Of a stretch of DNA of 64,000 nucleotides, positions 9,730 through 18,411 are shown piece by piece. Numbering within the stretch: position 1 is the first letter of the stretch; each line of letters begins with the position of its first letter. The notes beneath the pieces were generated by a model. The model saw only the letters and a list, made by a program, of their open reading frames with translations, was not told the DNA's origin and did no database searches. This stretch comes from Clostridia bacterium (GTDB taxonomy: Bacteria > Bacillota > Clostridia > Acetivibrionales > UBA4821), in contig JAWLCD010000011.1 in assembly GCA_041687355.1 (NCBI GenBank), forward strand, positions 2,217 to 66,216. Reading direction: 5' to 3'. Position numbers and translations under genes: made by a program.

Positions 9730-9918
9730 GCCTTCATAGTGACTCATTATGTTAGGTAGAAGTGCACTAACCTTTATCATGTTTAGAAAAGCATCTTGTT
9801 TTATACCCTTTTTTAAAAGGGTTTATTTTTTTAGAAAAATAAAATATAATGTTTTTTGAAAGACAGATTGTATGCAGGATACTTAAATGAAATATATTTG
9901 AGAAACGGGGGAAACGGT

Positions 9919-10476
9919 GTGAATTTATTTGGAAGGTTGATGTTGTCGTTTTATGCATTTCTGATTGCTCTATTATCAATAACTGCTCTTGTTTTATCAT
10001 TCCTGGTTTGGGCGGGCACCATACCTTACTACACTGCCGCCGAAATGGCAGGGCTGCTCGTATCATACCAGTGGACGCTTCCAACAGTTTTGGTAACTGC
10101 TTTGCTGCTATTCGTTATTAGCCTTAGATTTATGCTCATGGGAGCAGGGAACAGGCAGGAAAGGAGCCCGGTTACAAGAGATGCTGCGGGTGGAGAAATT
10201 GCAATTTCGTTGGAAACATTTGAGAGCATTGCGCTGTCTGCCCTTAGGAAGATACCTGAGGCAAAGGATTACTCGGCAAAGGTAAGGAGAACGAATGACG
10301 GAGTGATAGTATCTATAAGCCTGTCTGTCATTCAGGATGTAAATATACCTGAGCTGGCCGAAGATATTCAGGTAAAAACTATTGAAGCTACTGAAAAAAT
10401 GACAGGAGTAAAAGTTCTGAATGTACGTGTGAAGATAGATAATATTGCTGCCGGTTTCAAGAATAAACTGGAATAG
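9919..10476 (+). CDS. amaP: Alkaline-shock-response membrane anchor protein (AmaP-like)
   Basis: An N-terminal TM pair is followed by an Asp23-like domain, and the gene sits immediately after asp23. I chose the GTG start at 9919 because GGGGGA lies upstream. Confidence 0.75.
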   Translation: MNLFGRLMLSFYAFLIALLSITALVLSFLVWAGTIPYYTAAEMAGLLVSYQWTLPTVLVTALLLFVISLRFMLMGAGNRQERSPVTRDAAGGEIAISLETFESIALSALRKIPEAKDYSAKVRRTNDGVIVSISLSVIQDVNIPELAEDIQVKTIEATEKMTGVKVLNVRVKIDNIAAGFKNKLE

Positions 10477-10495
10477 CTCCCTGGAGGTGAATTGG

Positions 10496-10723
10496 TTGAA
10501 CAAGGAGAAAATACTTGAATTTTATAACAAATACAAGGGAGAAGTCATAGGAGCAGGGGCTGGCCTAATCATTGCTTTATGTATCCTGTTTCTGGGTATA
10601 ATAAAAATACTGTTTATAGCTGCCTGTACATTTTTAGGCTATTATGTAGGAAAAAGAATTTATAAAGATAGAGACTATCTTAGGAATACGATGGATAGGG
10701 TTTTGAGATTTTTTAACATCTAA
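10496..10723 (+). CDS. DUF2273-type small integral membrane protein
   Basis: 75 aa from a TTG start preceded by GGAGGTG. It is the canonical third member of the asp23-amaP-DUF2273 module. Confidence 0.65.
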   Translation: MNKEKILEFYNKYKGEVIGAGAGLIIALCILFLGIIKILFIAACTFLGYYVGKRIYKDRDYLRNTMDRVLRFFNI

Positions 10724-10821
10724 TGTTAGCGGAATCCAGGTGCACAGATAAGTTAGAGAAGTGGGAGTTTGAAAATTCCGTACCCGGTTCCTATTTAACA
10801 GAATGTCTGGGAGGAAAGATA

Positions 10822-11250
10822 ATGAGCCGGAGGACAGCAAGAGAACTGGCGTTTAAACTGTTATTTCAATTGGAAATTCAGAAGGAAGACCGAGAAGTAC
10901 AAATTCAAAGTTTTCTGGAAGATAACGATATAGCTGAAAAAGACAGGGGTTATATACTTGATATAGTTGAAGGTACAGCTAAACGTATTGATGAGATTGA
11001 CAAAGATATTAGCAAATACCTTAAGGGCTGGAAAATAAAAAGAATTTCAAAAGTGGATTTATCAGTACTGAGACTGGCTATGTATGAAATTATGGAGAGA
11101 AATGATATACCTGAGAATGTCTCAATAAATGAAGCGATAGAAATAGCGAAGAAATACAGCGGCGAAGAATCCGGTGCATTTGTAAACGGTGTACTTGGAA
11201 GATTTGTAAAAGCAAGGTTAGTGTCTGATAAAGCAAATGAGACCGAGTAA
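10822..11250 (+). CDS. nusB: Transcription antitermination factor NusB
   Basis: Begins MSRRTARELAFKLLFQ and continues with a NusB fold sequence. The longer track ORF (10723) lacks an RBS. Confidence 0.93.
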   Translation: MSRRTARELAFKLLFQLEIQKEDREVQIQSFLEDNDIAEKDRGYILDIVEGTAKRIDEIDKDISKYLKGWKIKRISKVDLSVLRLAMYEIMERNDIPENVSINEAIEIAKKYSGEESGAFVNGVLGRFVKARLVSDKANETE

Positions 11251-11329
11251 TAAAGCTGACATTGAATTTCCGGATAAAGTTTAGAGGTTTGTCCGGAGTT
11301 TTGAATGATTGGTTTAGAGGGTATATGGA

Positions 11330-12544
11330 ATGAATGCTTTGCAGGTATCTCAGGTAAACAAATACATTAAGGACCTCATATCCAGGGATTTCCTCCTGAA
11401 TGATTTTTGGGTTAGGGGGGAAATATCCAATTTTAAAAACCATTCATCAGGCCATATGTACTTTACAGTCAAAGATGAATCAAGTATTTTAAGATGCGTA
11501 ATGTTTCGGGCATACTGTTCAAACCTGCGGTTTATCCCTGCAAATGGAATGAAAGTGATAATACGTGGTGGAGTAAGCGTTTTTGAGAGGGATGGGCAGT
11601 ATCAGCTTTACTGTCACGAAATGCAGCCTGATGGTCTGGGAGCTCTCTATGCGGCATTTGAACAGCTTAAATTGAAGCTTAAAGACGAAGGCCTGTTTGA
11701 CCCAGGTATTAAGAAGAAGCTGCCAGCTTTCCCCGAAAGAATTGGGGTTGTTACTTCATGCACTGGTGCAGTAATCAAAGATATAATGAACGTATCACTA
11801 CGAAGATTTCCAAATGCCAGTATAGTTTTATTTCCGGTATCGGTCCAGGGAAGCTCGTCGGCCCGGGAGATTGCTCATGCACTCGATGTTCTCAATAAGA
11901 ACAGATCTGTTGATGTAATCATACTTGCAAGGGGCGGAGGCTCACTGGAGGAACTATGGGCTTTTAATGAGGAGCTGGTGGCAAGGGCTATATACAAGTC
12001 CCAGATTCCAGTGGTATCTGCAGTGGGGCATGAGACCGATTATACAATTTCAGATATGGCAGCGGATTTAAGAGCTCCGACACCATCTGCAGCGGCAGAA
12101 CTGGTAGTTCCTGACGCAAAGGAGCTAAAGTGGAAAGTTGATTCGTTAAGAAAAGAAATGGTTCTTGCAGTCCAGTCCAGAGTGTCGGACTGCAGGTCAC
12201 GGCTCCAGAAGATAGAGAACTCAATGCCCTTAAGACAGCCGTATGAAAAAGTCTATCAATTGAGAATGATACTGGATTTAAATCACAAGCTTATTCAGAG
12301 GAATATTGCTCTAAGGATAAGAGAGAGTCGGGATAGGCTTAGAAGTCTTATAGTACATTTGAATTCACTTAGCCCGCTGGCAGTTCTAGCAAGAGGTTAT
12401 TGCATTGCATCCGATTACAGTTCAGGAAAAGTAATAAAATCCGTAAAACAGGTATGCAGGGATGGACAGGTAAACATTAAATTTGCTGACGGCAGGGCTG
12501 AATGCAAGGTTGTAGATATAAAGGGAGGACAACATGAATTTTGA
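11330..12544 (+). CDS. xseA: Exodeoxyribonuclease VII large subunit
   Basis: 404 aa with an OB-fold N-terminus (WVRGEISNFKNHSSGHMYFTVKD) and the XseA catalytic body. Confidence 0.95.
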   Translation: MNALQVSQVNKYIKDLISRDFLLNDFWVRGEISNFKNHSSGHMYFTVKDESSILRCVMFRAYCSNLRFIPANGMKVIIRGGVSVFERDGQYQLYCHEMQPDGLGALYAAFEQLKLKLKDEGLFDPGIKKKLPAFPERIGVVTSCTGAVIKDIMNVSLRRFPNASIVLFPVSVQGSSSAREIAHALDVLNKNRSVDVIILARGGGSLEELWAFNEELVARAIYKSQIPVVSAVGHETDYTISDMAADLRAPTPSAAAELVVPDAKELKWKVDSLRKEMVLAVQSRVSDCRSRLQKIENSMPLRQPYEKVYQLRMILDLNHKLIQRNIALRIRESRDRLRSLIVHLNSLSPLAVLARGYCIASDYSSGKVIKSVKQVCRDGQVNIKFADGRAECKVVDIKGGQHEF

Positions 12545-12767
12545 GGAAGCTGTAAAGAAACTGGAGAAGATAGTTCAAGAGCTTGAAACTGGAGAACTGA
12601 CTCTGGATGAGTCTCTGAAGAAGTTCAAGGAAGGCATAGAACTTACATCATTATGTAATAAGAAGCTGGATGAGGCAGAGAAAAAGATATCTGTTCTTGT
12701 AGAAGGCAGTGATGGAAAGATTAGTGAGAAGCCATTTGATTTACACGGGGAGGAAGGGCTTGAATAA
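12534..12767 (+). CDS. xseB: Exodeoxyribonuclease VII small subunit
   Basis: 77 aa. Begins MNFEEAVKKLEKIVQELE...LTLDESLKKFKEG, and its start overlaps the xseA end. Confidence 0.9.
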   Translation: MNFEEAVKKLEKIVQELETGELTLDESLKKFKEGIELTSLCNKKLDEAEKKISVLVEGSDGKISEKPFDLHGEEGLE

Positions 12768-13650
12768 CATAATTTCTCAGATTGAAGACTACGTGAAGCT
12801 TATTGATGCCAGACTGAGCAGCTGTGTTGGGGAGTTGGATGTGCCGGAGAAGAAGATTTATCAGGCCATGCGATATAGCCTGCTGGCAGGAGGAAAGAGG
12901 ATAAGACCGGTACTTACCCTGTCTGTAAACGACATGTTTGGCGGTGATATTGAAGCTGCCCTACCCTTTGCATGTGCAGTAGAATTAATACATACATATT
13001 CATTGATACATGATGACCTTCCTGCATTAGACAACGATGATTACAGAAGAGGCAGAAAGACAAACCATAAGGTATTTGGCGAAAGTATGGCCATACTAGC
13101 CGGTGATGCACTGCTTAACAAGGCTTTTGAAATAATGATTGATTCACTCAAGCCTGATGTGAAATTGGCTGACAAAATAAAAGCTATGCGGGAAGTAGCT
13201 TCTGCCAGCGGTGCTAACGGTATGATTGGCGGCCAGGTGGTGGATATTGAAAGTGAAGGCTGTGAGGTTGTCGGGGACATTCTTAAATATATGCATTTGA
13301 AAAAGACCGGCTGCCTTATTAAGGCATCGGCTAAAGTGGGGGCGATAATAGCCGGTATGGGAGAGCAGGACATAAATCGGATAGACAATTATGCCCAGAA
13401 TCTAGGGCTGGCTTTTCAGATTAAGGATGATATTTTGTCTGAAGTAGGCAATGAAGCCAGGATGGGTAAGAGTGTGGGTAACGATAGGAAGAACCGTAAG
13501 TCAACCTATGTGACTATACTTGGCCTGGATGAAGCTTACAGACTACTTAACCTTACTACCAGAGATGCTGTAGAATCATTGAGCAGTTACGGAGAGAAAG
13601 CAGATTTTCTTATCGGTTTGGCAGAGTATCTGCTAAAGAGAGAATACTAG
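12760..13650 (+). CDS. ispA: Short-chain (E)-polyprenyl (farnesyl/geranylgeranyl) diphosphate synthase
   Basis: Both Asp-rich motifs are present (LIHDDLPALDNDDYRRG and FQIKDDILS). I favour the TTG start at 12760 because of the GGGGAGGA RBS. The track start is 12709. Confidence 0.9.
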   Translation: MNNIISQIEDYVKLIDARLSSCVGELDVPEKKIYQAMRYSLLAGGKRIRPVLTLSVNDMFGGDIEAALPFACAVELIHTYSLIHDDLPALDNDDYRRGRKTNHKVFGESMAILAGDALLNKAFEIMIDSLKPDVKLADKIKAMREVASASGANGMIGGQVVDIESEGCEVVGDILKYMHLKKTGCLIKASAKVGAIIAGMGEQDINRIDNYAQNLGLAFQIKDDILSEVGNEARMGKSVGNDRKNRKSTYVTILGLDEAYRLLNLTTRDAVESLSSYGEKADFLIGLAEYLLKREY

Positions 13651-13660
13651 GGGGAATAAG

Positions 13661-14110
13661 GTGAATCCGGTTTTGGATATTTTTAGTAACCAGGTAATTC
13701 TGGTTCCTGCATTTGCATGGCTGGTTACCCAGGTTACAAAGGTTATTTATGATCTGGAGAAGTATAAGAAGATTGATATAAGAAGGTTCGTAGGTTCAGG
13801 CGGTATGCCAAGTTCGCATGCAGCGTTTGTGACATCGCTGGCTACAGTTGTGGGGTTGAAGGCGGGCTGGGGCTCACCGGAATTTGGTGTTGCCTTTGCT
13901 CTTGCAATGGTAGTGATGTATGATGCTACGGGTGTCAGAAGGGCAGCGGGCAAGCAGGCACAGGTTCTGAACAGGTTGATTGAGGAGTCCCAAACCAGTG
14001 GAAAGCTTACCAACCTTGACGTTAAGCTCAAAGAACTTATAGGCCATACACCGGTTGAAGTAATTGTTGGTGGGATGATAGGAATACTTTTTGGTATTCT
14101 GTTTTCATAA
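13661..14110 (+). CDS. Divergent PAP2-family (YuiD-like) membrane protein
   Basis: 149 aa starting at GTG. It has the motif run GGMPSSHAAFVTSLA ... MYDATGVRR ... GHTPVEV typical of the DUF212/divergent acid-phosphatase family. Confidence 0.8.
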   Translation: MNPVLDIFSNQVILVPAFAWLVTQVTKVIYDLEKYKKIDIRRFVGSGGMPSSHAAFVTSLATVVGLKAGWGSPEFGVAFALAMVVMYDATGVRRAAGKQAQVLNRLIEESQTSGKLTNLDVKLKELIGHTPVEVIVGGMIGILFGILFS

Positions 14111-14260
14111 GAATAAGAATGCAAATAAAATCAACTTGACGTATATTCAAGCTTAACCGGCATATATATAGAACACCGCTCAAAACGGCTTAATATGAAC
14201 CTGATATGATATTTGTATATATTTTATATCTTATTGTATAATTAAATATTAATAATTAAT

Positions 14261-14877
14261 GGTGGTACAGTATTCTAGTCAGAACTGCCGATTCTGAAGG
14301 CGGGCCTAAAAATCCGCTAAGGGCACATCGATGAAGTTCCTTGTGCCAGCTTGCGACGCCCAGTCGTGGGTTGGTGCTGGGAGTTAAGGATTAGGGGCGA
14401 TCTGCAATGGCATGCGGGCGTTGACCCCTTTTCCGTGGAGACCTGCTTGTGTGGTTTGTAAACCTGGGGTCAGGCTGTGAAGCTTCCGCCACAGGATTTA
14501 TTAAACTACGCTGCAGGATTAAACCTGTTATGCGGTACTATTTGTGCTGTGTACAGTGTAGCCTGCCTTGAGTGAAATTGGTGGATAGCGGGTCTGGCAG
14601 ATGTTTATTGGCCGATAATTATCTGCTAATTGCTGCTTGAAACCTCTTTTGCAAAAGAGGCTAGGGGTTGGCCAGGGCTGTTGAGGAAATCTCCTAGACT
14701 GCTCGTAAAGAAGCATTTCGGGGATTACAGTGTGGACTAAGTGGTAATCCAGTCCCTTCTCCGGCGACGGGAAGGTTTCAGGTTTAATGGGAAACCGCTG
14801 AAACGGCGACGTTTGAGTACCTGATGGGGAAAGCCTACTGGACCTAAGCCGCAAAATTTACTCGAAGTGCTACCACC
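14261..14877 (+). ncRNA. ole: OLE-like (ornate, large, extremophilic) structured non-coding RNA
   Basis: No credible ORF is present. The region is GC-richer than the AT-rich spacer around it. It is closed by GGTGGTA (14261-14267) pairing with TACCACC (14871-14877) and contains many internal hairpins, e.g. CCTCTTTTGCAAAAGAGG at 14643-14660 and GGATTAC...GTAATCC at 14722-14750. The synteny nusB-xseAB-ispA ... small membrane protein-dxs is the hallmark OLE context. Strand is inferred from the operon direction, and the ends are approximate. Confidence 0.75.
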
Positions 14878-14977
14878 ATTTAATTAATAAATTGCAGCAG
14901 CTGGCTGAGTACAGCAGCAGTACATATAGAAGTAAATCTGGTTTAAAACAGATAAACAGGGGACTGGTGAAAAGTTT

Positions 14978-15616
14978 TTGAGTGAAAACCATAGTAACGG
15001 TGATGTAAAGAAAAAGGCAAGAGGTAACCCACACAAGAATAAAAGCCGGAGATGGATTATTATCCTGGTTATTACCACTATTTTTCTCTCTGTGTCTATC
15101 AGCAGTGCTTCATCTATAATAATCCAAAAGATTAACCTGTTTGTTGCAATATGCGTATTACTGGTTATAATTCTTATAGGAATACTTTTTGACATTGTAG
15201 GAATAGCTGTGGCTGCTGCGGATGAAACTCCATTTCATGCCATGGCTTCAAGTAAGGTAAAAGGCTCGAAAAACGCTATTAAACTAGTAAGGAATGCAAG
15301 TAAGGTTACAACGTTCTGTAATGACGTCGTTGGTGATGTTTGCAGTGTAATAAGCGGTTCTACCAGTGCATTCATTGTTCTTAGGCTTGCGCAGATTTTA
15401 AAAGGAATCGATATTTCAGTTCTAGGTATAGCTATAAGTGCATTGGTTGCAGCCCTTACCGTTTTGGGGAAAGGTCTGGGTAAAACTGTTGCGATATCAA
15501 AGAGCAATCAGATAGTATACAGTGTAGCGCTTATGCAATATATTGCCTTTAACAGGTTTAATATAAAAGATTTATTTAAAAAGGATTCGGAAGGGAAAGA
15601 GGATAGACATGAGTAA
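14978..15616 (+). CDS. oapA: OLE-associated membrane protein (OapA-like)
   Basis: 212-aa polytopic membrane ORF with a TTG start, lying immediately downstream of the structured RNA. Its end overlaps the dxs start. The assignment rests on context and topology only. Confidence 0.65.
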   Translation: MSENHSNGDVKKKARGNPHKNKSRRWIIILVITTIFLSVSISSASSIIIQKINLFVAICVLLVIILIGILFDIVGIAVAAADETPFHAMASSKVKGSKNAIKLVRNASKVTTFCNDVVGDVCSVISGSTSAFIVLRLAQILKGIDISVLGIAISALVAALTVLGKGLGKTVAISKSNQIVYSVALMQYIAFNRFNIKDLFKKDSEGKEDRHE

Positions 15617-17501
15617 AATTCTTCCATTAGTTAATAATCCATCTGATATCAAGGGACTTACTGATGAGCAACTCGACCAGCTTGGGAGAGAGCTGAGGGA
15701 GTTTCTGATTTCGTCGGTATCAAAAACCGGCGGACACCTGGCATCAAATCTTGGTGTTGTTGAATTGACTATTGCCCTACACCTCGTATTTAATACACCT
15801 TATGACAAGGTTGTATGGGATGTTGGCCACCAGTCGTACGTACATAAAATTCTTACCGGAAGAAAGGATAGCTTTGATACCTTAAGACAACTGAATGGTA
15901 TCAGCGGGTTTCCAAAAGTTAATGAAAGTGCTCATGACTGTTTTGATACAGGACACAGCAGCACTTCTGTTTCAGCTGCACTTGGAATGGCAAGGGCAAG
16001 AGATCTTAGAAACGAAAAAAACTCGGTAGTAGCTATTATCGGGGACGGAGCACTAACCGGAGGTATGGCCTTTGAAGCTTTAAATGATGCAGGGCGGTCT
16101 CCGAACAATCTGATTGTGGTACTCAATGATAATGAGATGTCTATTGATAAAAATGTTGGCGGCCTGTCCAGCTGTCTGAACAGGATACGAACCCAGCCAA
16201 TATATTTCAAAGTCAAGAGGGACCTTGATCTCCTTCTAAAGAAGATACCTGCAATCGGACCCAAGGTTACAAAGACCATAGATAAGGCAAAGGGAACCAT
16301 CAAATACATGATGCTGCCGGGAATGTTTTTTGAAGAACTGGGTTTTAAATATATAGGTCCTGTTGACGGGCATGATGTAGGTGAACTCCGGAAAGTACTT
16401 ACAAAGGCTAAAGCACTTGGAGGGCCCGTGCTGATTCATATTCTGACCCAGAAGGGGAAGGGTTACTCATATGCTGAGAAAAATCCTCACATATTTCACG
16501 GGATATCGCCCTTTGATATTGAAACCGGGGAAATAAAAAAGAGCGTTAGCGTAAAGGATTACTCGACTGTCTTTGGAGAAGAGCTAACCGATATTGCAAG
16601 GCGTGATGAAAGTGTGGTTGCAATAACAGCCGCCATGCCTCATGGAACTGGTCTTCAGAACTTTGCTTTGGAGTTTCCGGAGAGATTTTTTGACGTAGGT
16701 ATAGCTGAACAGCATGCGGTCACAATTGCAGCCGGTCTCGCATCAGAAGGTTTTAAGCCTGTAGTTGCCATATATTCTTCATTTCTGCAGAGAGCTTATG
16801 ACCAAATAGTTCACGATGTCTGCACGCAGAACCTGCCTGTAGTTTTTGCAATTGACAGAGCGGGAATAGTAGGAAATGACGGGGAAACACATCAGGGGTT
16901 GTTTGACTTGTCCTATCTTTCTCATATACCTAATATGTCGGTAATGGCTCCGAAGGACTTCGATGAGTTCCGCCATATGCTTAGATTTTGCACTGAATTC
17001 AAGGGACCCATTGCAATACGATACCCGAGAGGGTCAGCCAAAGATATACCTGTTGAGAGAATACAACCTATTGAGTATGGCAGAGCCGAACTGCTTCAGC
17101 AAGGGGAAGATATAACCATTGCCGCCTGTGGCAAGATGGTTCGTGTTGCTCTTAAGGTGGCAAGGGAGATAATGAAGTTTGGCATGAGTGCTGATGTAAT
17201 CAATGTAAGATTTATCAAGCCCCTGGACACAAAAATGATACTAGCATCGGCTGAAAAGACCAAGAAGGTTGTAACCATGGAGGATAATGCTATAAGCGGT
17301 GGTTTTGGAAGTGCAGTCCTCCAGGCTATAGCTCAGGGTGGTATTGAGGGAGTAAAGACCAAGATGTTCGGATATCCCGATGAATTTGTAAGACATGGAA
17401 ACACAGATCAGATTCACAGGCTTTACGGTCTGGACTACCAGTCAATTGCGTGTGAGATATTGAATACCTACAAGGTGGGGAAAAAGTTTAAGGTGTTATA
17501 G
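15609..17501 (+). CDS. dxs: 1-deoxy-D-xylulose-5-phosphate synthase
   Basis: 630 aa with GGHLASNLGVVELT, a TPP-binding GDGALTGGMAFEALN motif and transketolase-like C-terminal domains. Confidence 0.97.
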   Translation: MSKILPLVNNPSDIKGLTDEQLDQLGRELREFLISSVSKTGGHLASNLGVVELTIALHLVFNTPYDKVVWDVGHQSYVHKILTGRKDSFDTLRQLNGISGFPKVNESAHDCFDTGHSSTSVSAALGMARARDLRNEKNSVVAIIGDGALTGGMAFEALNDAGRSPNNLIVVLNDNEMSIDKNVGGLSSCLNRIRTQPIYFKVKRDLDLLLKKIPAIGPKVTKTIDKAKGTIKYMMLPGMFFEELGFKYIGPVDGHDVGELRKVLTKAKALGGPVLIHILTQKGKGYSYAEKNPHIFHGISPFDIETGEIKKSVSVKDYSTVFGEELTDIARRDESVVAITAAMPHGTGLQNFALEFPERFFDVGIAEQHAVTIAAGLASEGFKPVVAIYSSFLQRAYDQIVHDVCTQNLPVVFAIDRAGIVGNDGETHQGLFDLSYLSHIPNMSVMAPKDFDEFRHMLRFCTEFKGPIAIRYPRGSAKDIPVERIQPIEYGRAELLQQGEDITIAACGKMVRVALKVAREIMKFGMSADVINVRFIKPLDTKMILASAEKTKKVVTMEDNAISGGFGSAVLQAIAQGGIEGVKTKMFGYPDEFVRHGNTDQIHRLYGLDYQSIACEILNTYKVGKKFKVL

Positions 17502-17511
17502 ACTGTAGAGG

Positions 17512-17537
17512 GAAGCTGGAAACAGCTTCTTTTTTTT
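17512..17537 (+). terminator. Rho-independent terminator of dxs
   Basis: GAAGCTG-GAAA-CAGCTTC followed by T8. Confidence 0.85.
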
Positions 17538-17556
17538 GCTTATTTCAGAGCATTTG

Positions 17557-17587
17557 AACGTGACAGGGGACGGTTCTCTGTCACGTT
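17557..17587. repeat. Hairpin carrying the 19-mer GACAGGGGACGGTTCTCTG, also found at 47936-47954
   Basis: AACGTGACA-[GGGGACGGTTCTC]-TGTCACGTT. The 19-mer is shared exactly with the 47.9-kb palindrome. Confidence 0.6.
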
Positions 17588-17790
17588 TTGGATATTCTTA
17601 TCAAGAGAGGTGTGAAAAGTAAGGTTCTGAAAAGTTACTCTAGAATGCTTTAGATTATTTGTAACAAGTTTGTTAATAAATTGTATTGTAAATGAAAGAA
17701 CAAAAATATAAAGATTCTTGTCAAAAAATACGATAAATCTAGTGAAATACCACCACTTTATGAAAACAAAGGAATTTTTATTAGAATATA

Positions 17791-17819
17791 TTGACATAGA
17801 ACACGTGTTCGTATATAAT
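17791..17819 (+). promoter_or_regulatory. Consensus sigma-A promoter of the YneA-like gene
   Basis: TTGACA (17791-17796), 17-nt spacer, TATAAT (17814-17819). Confidence 0.75.
17798..17811. promoter_or_regulatory. LexA (SOS/Cheo) box 1, inside the promoter spacer
   Basis: AGAACACGTGTTCG matches the Firmicute GAAC-N4-GTTC palindrome. Confidence 0.7.
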
Positions 17820-17826
17820 AAAAATG

Positions 17827-17840
17827 CGAACAGTTGTTCT
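17827..17840. promoter_or_regulatory. LexA (SOS/Cheo) box 2, just downstream of the -10 element
   Basis: CGAACAGTTGTTCT matches CGAAC-N4-GTTC. Confidence 0.65.
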
Positions 17841-17856
17841 AATGGAGGGAGTTAAT

Positions 17857-18147
17857 ATGGTTTCAAAGAGAATTAAGATTAAAGACCCAACAAGATTAAA
17901 ATTATTTTGCTTTGTTATATTCTTTATAACGGTTTTACTTCTTCAAAGTAAGTGGCTCTATAGTTCTGATTACCAACGTACCAAATGGGTTGTTGTGTCA
18001 GCAGGGGAAAGTTTATGGGATATAGCTGCAAGATATAAATCTGATAGGGAGGATATAAGAAATTACATGTATAAGATAAAAGAAATCAATATGCTTAAGT
18101 CGAGTATGGTGTTGGAAGGGCAGGAACTGGAATTACCTGTACAGTAA
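17857..18147 (+). CDS. Small membrane-anchored LysM protein, YneA-like SOS cell-division inhibitor candidate
   Basis: 96 aa from the ATG preceded by GGAGGGA. It has an N-terminal TM segment (LKLFCFVIFFITVLLL) and a C-terminal LysM domain (VVVSAGESLWDIAARY...LELP). Two LexA boxes lie in its promoter. Confidence 0.7.
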   Translation: MVSKRIKIKDPTRLKLFCFVIFFITVLLLQSKWLYSSDYQRTKWVVVSAGESLWDIAARYKSDREDIRNYMYKIKEINMLKSSMVLEGQELELPVQ

Positions 18148-18411
18148 ATGGTTGGTTGAGATTAGGATTTGAATAAGTTATATAGAAAAATCGATGAAAA
18201 GCTGTGTATATAATACATGGCTTTTTGTGTTGCAGCATATCCCGGATTAAGCACATCTACTGCTTCGCTAAAGGAGCTTCTCCTTGAATATAGGGAAATG
18301 AATTAACCAACGAATCAATCTTCCTGCCTTAGGGAATATTTAACATAGAAAGGCCGATAAAACATTATGTGTATACAGTAACAAGGGAAAGGCTGAAAAT
18401 AAGCATTGATT

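Noticed and set aside
9277-9780. 167-aa minus-strand ORF opposite asp23
   Set aside because: It is antisense to a gene with a clear Asp23 signature and RBS, and its composition is low-complexity.
14528-14854. 108-aa minus-strand ORF inside the structured RNA region
   Set aside because: It has no RBS and its composition is arbitrary. It lies antisense within a region better explained as the OLE-like RNA.
17540-17797. 85-aa minus-strand ORF in the dxs/yneA-like spacer
   Set aside because: It lies in AT-rich intergenic DNA with low-complexity Phe/Ile/Lys/Asn-rich content and no RBS, and it overlaps the promoter and repeat hairpin.
18295-18312. Motif GGAAATGAATT(A/G)A recurring in four intergenic regions (near 2880, 18298, 26729 and 35391); two of the four also share GGAGCTTCT ~10 nt upstream
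   Set aside because: The motif is short and AT-rich, and its orientation and distance to genes are inconsistent. It could be chance. A genome-wide count would be worthwhile, but the evidence here is not enough to call a site.
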